Shown: one piece after another, positions 43,251-54,100 of the stretch
How the letters are laid out: every line of letters begins with the position of its first letter
Position numbering within the stretch: position 1 is the first letter of the stretch
DNA from: Nanobdellota archaeon
GTDB taxonomy: Archaea > Nanobdellota > Nanobdellia > Woesearchaeales > SM23-78
Direction: 5' to 3'
Assembly: GCA_018819305.1 (NCBI GenBank)
Contig: JAHJQO010000044.1
Span: 1-54,602, forward strand
Length of the DNA: 54,602 nucleotides
The notes under the pieces: generated by a model
What the model saw: only the letters and a program-made list of their open reading frames with translations
What the model was told of the DNA's origin: nothing
Databases searched by the model: none
Program-made: the position numbers and the translations under genes

Positions 43251-44924
43251 TTAACTACTTATTAACTTCTCTTCCAACTCCTTAATTTTCTTCTTAAGTT
43301 CGACCATAACAAGCTCCCTTCCAACAGCCATTTTCTGGAATCTCTCAAGCTCTTCTGTTCTTTGCTTCATAGATGCTTCAGCTTCTTTCACCTTAGTTAT
43401 ATCCTCTACAAAAAGCGTGACTTGCTCTATTTTCCCAGTCTTATCTCTGATAGGCAAGCCAGTAAAATTCCTCACGCTTCTTTTCTTGCCAAAACTTGAA
43501 ATATATTCAACAGTTTCTATGAAAAAAGGTTTGCCTTTAAGACATTCTTTAATTTTTTCAGACAAACCAATCTTAACATAAGTAGAAAGTTTCAATAAAT
43601 TCAAGCCAATAAATTTCTTTGCATCACTGCCAGATATCATCAGCATCGCCGGATTAATATATTCAACAATTCCCTTATTATTAAGAGTAATAACGCCAAA
43701 AGGAGCATTCTCAATCAAATCAGACCTGGATTGATATGCTTTTAAGAGTTCTTGGTGTTCTTTCTTTTGCTCGGTAATATCTCTAACTGTTGCTTGCAGC
43801 AATTGTTTACCCTCCAACTTCATTCTAGTAAGCAAAACAGTCGCAGGAAAACTTTCACCCTTATACCTCTTATGAGTCCACTCAAAAAAATTAGAACCCT
43901 CCTTCATAGCTTTCATAATCATAGCCTTAGCTTTATCAGAAGACAACTGACCATCAGGCTGATACTCAGGAGAAACATCTCCTGGACCCAACGAAACAAA
44001 CTGCTTCTCATCCTTAGTCCTAAACATCTCAACAGTAGCTCTATTACCAGAAGTAAACCTCCATGACGGAGGAGCAAGAGTCATAATAGCATCCCTAGAA
44101 GAATCAAACAAAATCCTATATTTCTCCGCTGTTTTTTTCCTCTTAGTAATATCTCCTCCTGAACTCAAATGACCGATAATCTTCCCTTTTGCATCTTTCA
44201 TTTCAATATTATGCCACGCAATAAGTCTCTCCTGACCACTTTTCGTCAAGACAGGATTCTCATAATACTCTAAAGGCTTAATTTTACCAGCAAGTATTTG
44301 CTTAGAAATCTCTTTCACTTGTTTTCTTAATCTTATTGGAAGAAAATTATCAAACCAATTCTTGCCAACAATCTCTTCTTTTTTATATCCTAAAATCTCG
44401 CAGCCTTTTTTGTTAATACGCGTTACTTTTCCTTTAGTATCAATTGCAATGAGCATAACACCAGCAATATTAAAATATCTATCCGCAGTTTCCTTTTGCT
44501 TCCGCATTTCATCTTCTGATTTCTTCTGCTCAGAAATATTCCTACAAACCGCAACCAAACCTTTTCTCTTGCCTTTAGAATCCTTAAACACACTAACATT
44601 AACATAACTAAAAAACTCTTTACCATCTTTTCCTTTTGCAAGGTACTCGCCTTCCCAAAAACTCCGGGATTTTAGAATCTTCACAATCTGCTGTCCTAAT
44701 TTCACATGGCTCACAGAAGTTGAAAGTGTTAAAACATTTTTACCAAGAACTTCTTTGGCTTTCCACCCGTAAAGCTTTTCAGCAGCCTTATTCCAATAAG
44801 TGATTCTACCTACTAAGTCTGTGACTATAATAGCTTCATGAATTTGATTTAAGAGAAACAAGGGTAAATCATGTTGCTTCACAATCTCACTATTCTCAGA
44901 ACTCTTCTTTTTAACCATCCTCAC
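43251..44924 (-). CDS. Multi-PAS domain signalling protein with no recognisable output domain
   Basis: About four PAS-like units (for example ITYWNKAAEKLYGWKAKEVLGKNV, VTRINKKGCEILGYKKEEIVGKNW and IVEYINPAMLMISGSDAKKFIGLNL), ending in the coiled-coil FQKMAVGRELVMVELKKKIKELEEKL. Confidence 0.85.
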   Translation of the reverse strand: MRMVKKKSSENSEIVKQHDLPLFLLNQIHEAIIVTDLVGRITYWNKAAEKLYGWKAKEVLGKNVLTLSTSVSHVKLGQQIVKILKSRSFWEGEYLAKGKDGKEFFSYVNVSVFKDSKGKRKGLVAVCRNISEQKKSEDEMRKQKETADRYFNIAGVMLIAIDTKGKVTRINKKGCEILGYKKEEIVGKNWFDNFLPIRLRKQVKEISKQILAGKIKPLEYYENPVLTKSGQERLIAWHNIEMKDAKGKIIGHLSSGGDITKRKKTAEKYRILFDSSRDAIMTLAPPSWRFTSGNRATVEMFRTKDEKQFVSLGPGDVSPEYQPDGQLSSDKAKAMIMKAMKEGSNFFEWTHKRYKGESFPATVLLTRMKLEGKQLLQATVRDITEQKKEHQELLKAYQSRSDLIENAPFGVITLNNKGIVEYINPAMLMISGSDAKKFIGLNLLKLSTYVKIGLSEKIKECLKGKPFFIETVEYISSFGKKRSVRNFTGLPIRDKTGKIEQVTLFVEDITKVKEAEASMKQRTEELERFQKMAVGRELVMVELKKKIKELEEKLISS

Positions 44925-45164
44925 CCTCTTTTCATATAATATTTTAAATAATACTATTTAAACTATCTATTATCAATTATTAACTCTTTGGTTTTTTAAT
45001 CTTTCGATATTATCACAGCATATAGAATAATCAATTGTTATTAATTATCCAGAGAAACAATAATTTAAGTAAAGTTTTTAAACTCCAAATTCCAGAATTC
45101 ATATCAAAGGGTGCGGGTGAGTAATTTTTTACTTGCTCTTATTATAAATTTATAAATTTCCACG

Positions 45165-48100
45165 TTGAGCAGAATGTTAAGAGATAAATCTAAAGATATA
45201 GCTAAATACAAAATCACATTTCTATTTTTCAATCTTATCATAAGACTATTTTCCAATTTAACATCCAATTTCTCGTCTAATTCATCAACTAACAAATCAA
45301 ATAATAAACATCATGTTTTTTCAATTAAGGGCTGCGTCCGCTCTAGCTCAGCGTGGAAAACTTTCTGGAAGGGCGCAGCTTCTTTTTTATTTTTATTAAT
45401 ACTCCTACTGCCATTCACATCAGCACAAAGCATAGCCCTTGACAAAAGCATCTACGGCCTGGATGACATAGTCAAGATTAAAATCACAAACATAACAGAA
45501 AACATCTCCTTAACCATTTTATCAGAAGAAAATGTGTACAAATACTCAGGAGAGCTGGAACAAGAACTGGAATTTTATGCAAGAGAATCAGGAGATTATA
45601 TTGTCAGGCTGAGTGACAATGGCAATCTGATAGATGAAGTAAGCTTTACTGTGCTCAAATATTATTTAGTAAATGAAAACATTCTCACAACAGACAAAAC
45701 AGAATATCTTGTGAATGAGCCAGTTCTCATATACATCACTACAACAGAAACAAATGTTTCTGAGCAGTCACAAGCGACTACAACAGGCGACTTTGAACTG
45801 GCAGTCATCTCAGAAACAGAAGTTTTCAAATACCTCGACATAATAAACAGTCCCTTGCCATTCATACCTCAAGAACCCGGCAATTACAGAATAGAACTAA
45901 GAAAAGACTTCAAGCCAATAGCAACAACAGAATTTATTGTCACAGAAGAAATATTTGATCAGGATAAACCAATTCCAGAACAAGAGAATATCATAACAGA
46001 ACTTATACCCCCAATTACAACTCCTCTTCCAGAAGAAAAGCTGCCTTTCACACTCAACTTAAATGACAAGAGAGGCCAAAAAAAAGAAAGCAGCGGGCGT
46101 GTTATCAAACAAATAACAAATGATGATGAGACTTATGATACTTACAACATAGAAATTTATCCAAACAAAGCAAATATACAAAAAATTCAGTTCAATAATC
46201 TCAAAGCAACCTCAACTCAAGAAGAAAACTTTGACCTTGATGAAATAGACATAAAAAGAAATGAGATAGAAACCAGCTTCAAAGGCAAAAAAGTAATCAA
46301 CTCTTTCTTCATAGACACATCTTCTCTTGATTATACAGAAGGAACAATAACCAGCATTGCTTCAGGAACAGAGCTCTGGAAATGCAAAGACTGGGACAAG
46401 ACTACCTTATCATGCATGGGTTCATGGAAGAAAATTGCAGACATCACACCTAGACAAGAATATAACATAACAATAAATGCAACAGACCCTGCATATGCAG
46501 AAACAGGAGTGGCAAGCATTAACACAAAAAAACCCATTTATCATCCTGGTGAAACAGCAGAAATAATAATTGTAGTTCTTGACACCGAAGGTTATCTTGT
46601 GAGTTATGCAAATGTCACCCTAACCATAACCAAGCCTGATGAAATAGCAAACACATTCTCAACAAGCGCAGGAACAATAACAGAAATAAGCAGAGGAATA
46701 TATGAAACTACTTACAACAGAATAGATATTGAAGGCAGCTATGAAATGTTTGTAAGAGCAACAGGACTCAATGTTGACAGCACCATGCTTTCAAGCTTTG
46801 AAGTAAAAACATTTTATGAATTTGATATTCTCAGAGAAACACCTGTAACCATCAATCCCTGGAAAGGACCATTTTTCTCCTCTATAAACCTAATAAAATA
46901 TATCAACACAGACAATTTCAACTATACAGAAAGACTTCCTGTGAATTTCACTGTGATTGATGCAGGCACAGGATTAGTTACCCAAGGATTAGAATATACT
47001 GAGATAAAATGGATTAATCTAAACAATAATTCTTTTGTTTATTATTTAGCAAAAGCTCCATTAGTAACACCTGATTTATATGAAATCGGTCCTTCTTACA
47101 TTGACTACAATATAAATAATACAAATAAAGAATTCACAGAAGCAAGGCCATGGTACATGGCAATAGACCCTGCAAACTATCAGGTAAATGCAACAACATG
47201 CTATAAAATGGTAAGTACCACAACTGATAACACTTATACCACTGCTTGTTCCATACCATGGAATATTGACTCTGAAGATGGCAGCACACAAAACGACGGA
47301 CAGTCAGCAAAAAAATACTCTGGAATACAAACAACCAATGACCTAACTCCGGACAGATGTATGGATATAAACAAAGTTGATGTTTGCGTTGACTGGTGGT
47401 ATACTGCAACAATTGATTCATGTATTGGAGTTGATTTCTCAGCAACAGGAACAGGAGGAACATGGTATACTGTGGCAAACAGCAGCTGCCCAGGCAGCAA
47501 CGGGCCATTGGCATGTTCTGATGTTACTGGCACTGTGTCATGGAATTGTAATTCATTTTCAAGTGCAAACGCAGCAATAAGAACACATCTTTACACTAAG
47601 AACGCAGGAACAACTTATATTGATGCAGTATTCTTCAGGATTGACTACTCTTCTTATCCTGTTCTCGAAGGAAGCGTAACTAATGATGGTCCAGTGGAAG
47701 CAGAACAAGACATAACATTTTCTGGAACCTGCAGTGATTATGATACAGGAGACAGTTATAAATTAGTGGTATGTAATGCATCTGTTTCAACATGTGATGA
47801 CAGCACAACAGGAAGCGATTTAATTTGCAAAGGAACTCTTGGAACCAGCAACCCAAGAAACTGCACATACACAACCACATCAATAGATATAGGCACGAAT
47901 ACTGGAGACAAAGCAGTTTGCTGCGACAGTGAAAGTTATTGCACCCCAACACCAACAATTATTAATGACTGGGAAGTCACACCATTTTCAGGACCTCCAA
48001 CAATAACAATTAATTCTGTAAGCGGAGACACCGCACCTGTTTATGTTTTTACCGACCAGACTCCAATAGTGAATGCCACACTTAATGTCGATGGTTACTG

Positions 48101-51100
48101 CTATCTAAGTGAATTTGACGAGAACTTTACACAAATGATGGAAGCAGGCAGAGTGTACTGTGGATTTTACACAAACAATGTTCAAAAAAATTGCGAATAC
48201 ACAAACACTTTCAGCGCAAGCAATGGAACAAATGATTTCTTGTACATGTCATGCAACAACACAGCAGGAGGAGAAAATAATAACAGCAACAATGCCAATA
48301 TGGAACTGGATGTTTTATGCGACACTCACACAGACTGCGCACTAGAAAGATATTGCAGAGCATCAACCCAGCACTGTGAACTAGATATTATTTATGGATA
48401 CACTTGTGAAAACATAGCTTATGGAGGTGGAGAAGACAATGAAGTGTGCGGCGACGGAACAAACAAATACTGTGTGAATGATTCAACTTACAGTTACACT
48501 GGCTGGTATTGTACAGCAGATACAAATGATTGTGTTTATAACAACAACGGATTTTCCTACGACCTTGGAGAAACTCTTTGTGTAGGTGGAACAAATGATT
48601 ATAGAAACTGCAGCACAATCAATGAATGGGGTTCACTGTTTGACTGCGCAGAACAATATGATATAGATGCCTCTTCTCAAACTGCAACCTACCATGCAGG
48701 AGAATACTGCGCATATTATGCCGCAGCCCAGACCTGTGTAAATGGAATAAGCGGAGGATGCTCAGGCACTTCAACAGACTGTACCTCCTATATTTACAAC
48801 CAGACAACACAAGCATGCGGAAGCCTAGTGGCAGACTGTGATATGGGATGCGGAGCAACATGTGACCCAAGCAACAGCACAACACCAGAACTTGATAGTG
48901 GAATTTGTTATTATGACAAAACATGCAGCAATGCGTGTGCATGGTCAGAAAACAATGAAGAAGCACCAGACTTTTGCATCAATGACAATAACGGAGGTTC
49001 ATGCGGATACTCAGACAGAACAAATCCAAATGCAACAGGAACCTGCTACTGGAATCCAACCTGTGCAGATGTAACAGGAGCAAGCTTGACTTCAGGATTT
49101 CTCAACAACCTAAAATCTAACTACTGCGATTACTGCACTGCATCAGGAAATCAAAGCGGACAATTTGCTCCAGCACCAAATGCATCCTGCTCATCAGGAT
49201 GCGCTGACAGCGAAACAATATATTATGACAGCGGCCTGACACCAAGCGACAGAAGTGATGACTGTGGCAGCGGAACAGGAACCAGCACAATTCTCAGCGA
49301 CACTCTTACAATAGGAGATATATGGACTGGCAGCGCGCCTGCTTATTGTGATGACACAGAATGCGACTCTGATTGTGGAACAATGGTGGGAACCTGTGTT
49401 GGTGGCGCAGGAGGAACATGCACTTGTGTTGATAATGACAACCCAATATTAAAACTAAAAGAGCCGGCACCAGGAGCATGGGACACAGACGGAACAATAA
49501 TTTTTACTTATAATGTAACAGACATTAGTTCAGGAATAGAAAACTGCTCATTAATAATTAATGGAAGCATTAACATGACGAATTCGTCGGTAAATGAAAG
49601 CGTGCAAACACAATCATTCACACAAAATTTTGTTAACGGAACATACAATTGGAGCATAATATGTTATGATAACAGTACAAATTACAATATGAACCAATCC
49701 AGCAGCAGAATTGTCGGAGTTGACACCACACACCCGCAACTAAGCAATCCAAATATCAATGGCACTGCATTTGACATCAACACACATGTCTGCCTGAATG
49801 TAACAGTAACAGACACATTTTCAGGAACAGACAAAGTATGGGCCAAAATTGACAGACCAAACCCAATACCTGATGAAAACATAACATTATCAGACGACCA
49901 AACCACATCCTGCGACCAGACAAATGGCGATAATGTTTATTCTGTTGAATACCAGCTTGTTTTTTCTGGAACATATAACTGGACAATAGCTTATGCAAAT
50001 GATAGTGCCAGCAACCAAAACAACCTAATAGCAGACCTAGACTGGACTGTTACAGCAGCAGGAGATTTGGTTGTAAGTATGCTTTCCCCAATTGTTGATT
50101 TTGAAATAAATGAATCTGAATCCAATAATAATTTCACAATGACATGTAATGCAACATGCAACCCTGGGCTTGAAAACTGTTCAAATGTTTATTTGTTTGC
50201 ACAATATATTCCCAGCAGTGATTATGATATAACCACTATAACAACTGACTTGATAAATGCAGAAGATAATTTCAGCTGTGGCGACATGGAACAAGGAGGT
50301 ACATATTGCATTCACACATTTAATATTACTTCTGGAAGTGACTCAGGAAACAACATCTGGCCAATAAGATGTAAAGCAATCAGCAGCAACAGCCCAACAA
50401 CATTTTCCAGCACAGTTGATTTGACAATCAATGACCATCCATATGCAAATATTTCTTATCCACAACACAGCACATGGATTACAGGAATAATAACAGCAAA
50501 TGCTTCATTAAGCTTTGACTCAGACGGCACTGTTGACAATTATTTGTTTGAATATGACAACAACACAGATTTCAATTCACCCGGCACTCTCTGTGATGGA
50601 GCCAGTGCAACCTGTGTTTGGAATACTGCACAACAAAGCCAATGCGACAACAATTCAATGTCCTGCTATCTAAGAGTCACAATAATTGATGACAACGGAC
50701 TGACCAACAGTTCATATATACTATTTGGAATTGATAATCAAGGTCCAACCACAACTCTTGACAGACCAATAAATTTTGAAAACATAACAACAGACTTATT
50801 CACTGTAAATGCAACTTCATCAGACAGTGAAACAGAAGTAGACACAGTAACATTTGAATACAGAAAAAACAACACAGACACATGGACATTTGCATGCAAT
50901 GATAACAGAGACCCAACTTATGACTGTGAATTAGATATAAGCAGCTGGCCTGACGGAAACACATATGAATTCAGAGCCTATGCAAATGACACAATGGGGA
51001 ATATAGGGAATTCTGATAATCACACAAACATAACCATTGACAGAACAGCACCAGTAATAAAACTCGAAAACCCGCCAGACAATAATTATACTGCAAATAC

Positions 51101-54100
51101 CACTGTTATCTTTTATTACAATGTAACAGACAATACATCAACAGTTGCTGACTGTTCATTAATAATCAACAGTGCAATAAATGAAACTGATTCACCAATA
51201 CAAGAAGACCAAACAATCAATTTCACCAAAATATTAGCAGAAGGATACTATGAATGGAACATAAACTGCACAGATATTCATGGCTTTCAAAACAACTCAG
51301 AAACAAGAAACATAACAATCGACATCACAGGTCCCACAGCAACACTTGACAGACCGCTCAGCTTTGAAAACATAACAGGAACATCATCTTATACTATAAA
51401 TGCAAGTGTAAGTGACCCAGGAATAAATAATATAAGCATGGTAACTTTTGAATACAGGCAAAACGCAACAGACACATGGACCTTTGCATGCAATGATGAC
51501 AGAGGACCAACATATGATTGTGAATGGAATTTAATAGGACTGCCTGATGGAAATAATTATCAAGTAAGAGCTTGGGCAAACGACACATTAGGAAACAATG
51601 GAAGCTACAGCACCCATACAAGCATAACTATAGATAACAATCCGCCAAACATAACCCTTCTATTACCTCCAAACGAGAATGTTGACGCAGATGGTAATGT
51701 GACTTTAACATACAGTGTTAATGATGCTGCAGCAGGAGTTGCCAACTGTACATTCATATGGAATGGAGAAGAAGATCAGATAAACCCCGGACCCATACTA
51801 GAAGACCAAGAACTCCAATTTGAAAAATATAATCTAGTTAATGGAGACTATAACTGGACAATAAACTGCACAGATGTTTTTGGACAAATAGGAACAGCAA
51901 CAAATGGACCAAGAAATATAACAGTAGACATTAGATACACAATGAATGTCAAAGTAAATTCAAGCAAAATCCAATATGAAATTGGAAACCAGGCAGGAGA
52001 ACCAATAAACATCTCAACAAACACAACAGATTTTTACAATAACCCTTTAAATACATTGACAAAAACAGACATAATATTAGGAAACACAACACAACCATGG
52101 TGGAACACATCCTGGGAAAGAAGACAACCAATATATTTAACAGAAACATCAGGACAAGACAGAACCAATATTAATATTGAAGTTAGTGTAACTGGCCTCA
52201 GCGGGTACATAAGCAGCTGCACAAATGAAATAAGAGTAGCGTCAGTTGATTTAGAACCTGTAACTGTAAACATAATTGAAGGAGATGACTCAACATACTG
52301 TACTATTGTTTTCCAAGGTGATGTCAGTGCAAATGCAAATAATGAAGAACTCTACTTTGTATACTTCAACAACTCAAACGCACCAAATCCAAGTTATCCA
52401 GCATTAACAGGAAAATACTACAATGAATTCTTAGATGACTTCAACACAGGAACATATCCTGATACAAGCAAATGGGATAATCCTGGAAATGAATGGGACA
52501 TAAACACACAAAGAGCTCACACAGTAAGAACAAATGGATATAAACTCCTTTCCACTCTAGACAACCTAATAAATCTATCAAACTATGATTCAGCAAACCT
52601 AACCTTTGACTGGGAAGTGGATGCGTCAGGATTAGAATCAGATGATTGCCTAAAATTAGATTTATACAGCGGTGCATCATGGACTAATGAAGTTTGGAAA
52701 AAATGTGATGATACAATCCCTACTTCCGGCACACAAGAAATTACTCTGAGTTCAATTTATTTAATATCCACTTTTAGACTAAGATACGGAGCAGCTACAG
52801 ATGCAAACGGTGAAGATATGTGGATAGACAACGTGAATGTAACAGCATACAAGTTAACTGACTTTAACATAAGCGGAAATACTGGCTTAACACAACAACA
52901 CAAATCAAGACAAGAAGACAACACTGGAGAAGACGGAATAATTGATTTTAAATTTAACTCTTATTCATATTTACTATCAAACTATTCAGCTGTTTCACTT
53001 GCATCAAAAAGTCTTTACGCAAACACAAGCAATCATGTAATGTTTGAAACTATCCCCGACCAGACACCTCCAAACATCACACTAAACAGTCCGCCAGACA
53101 ATGGCTCAAGCAACAGTTCCGTAACATTTGAATACTATGTAAACGACACAACAAGTACTGTATTAAACTGCACGCTATATCTTGATGGAGAAGAAGAAGA
53201 TAATGAAACGCTCATCCAAGAAGGACCAGTACAATATTTTGAACCAAGAATCCCTTCAGCAGGATGGCATAACTGGAGTGTGAACTGCACAGACTATTAC
53301 GGAAACATAGGTGCATCAGAAGAATGGCAGATATGGATTAAGCCACCAGACTTTAGAATAATAAGTGCAAACATAACCTTCAACAACACATCACCAAAAG
53401 AAGGAGAAAGCATAAGAATAAATGCTACAATATATAATGTCGGCGGCTCAGATGCTACAAATGTAACAATGCAATTCTGGGTAGGAGACCCTAACACAAC
53501 AGGATACCAGATAAATAGTAATTTCACAGCCAACATATCAGACCCGACAGGAGACCATTCCAACGCATCCATCAATGTAACCTGGACAGTAACAGGGCCA
53601 GGACCATTTGATATCTATGTAGTAGCAGACCCACCAACAGAAACCAATGGAACAATACTGGAAATAAATGAAACCAATAACAAAGCATACAAAACCCTGC
53701 ATGTGCCCGCATACAACTACTTTTATGGAAGCGTGCAAAACAATATGTACTTATCCAACATAGACAATGATGATTTATACTATTACCTGAACATCACACA
53801 AATCTCAGGAAACATATTTGTAGCAGATCAGGAAAACACAATTAGTTTCTCAGCCCTGCAAGCCATAAGCAGAGATATCAACAACAACAGCGCACCAAAC
53901 GACTTCAATGACACAGATACAAATCTCAGCATGACAAACTACAATGACTCAATCAGAAAACTATACACAGACGACACAGATACACCCATAGAAACCATAA
54001 GCATGAGCATATTCAACAGAACAATAAACAATGTGCCAGTAATCAACAGTACCAACACAACCAACTTCCAAACAGGAATATTATGGGACAAAGATGATGG

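Noticed and set aside
45329-45380. tRNA-like D-arm sequence (GCTCTAGCTCAGCGTGGA) inside a GC-rich hairpin.
   Set aside because: No acceptor, anticodon or T-arm cloverleaf can be drawn, the segment is only about 50 nt long, and it lies inside the giant ORF. I could not support a tRNA or tRNA fragment.
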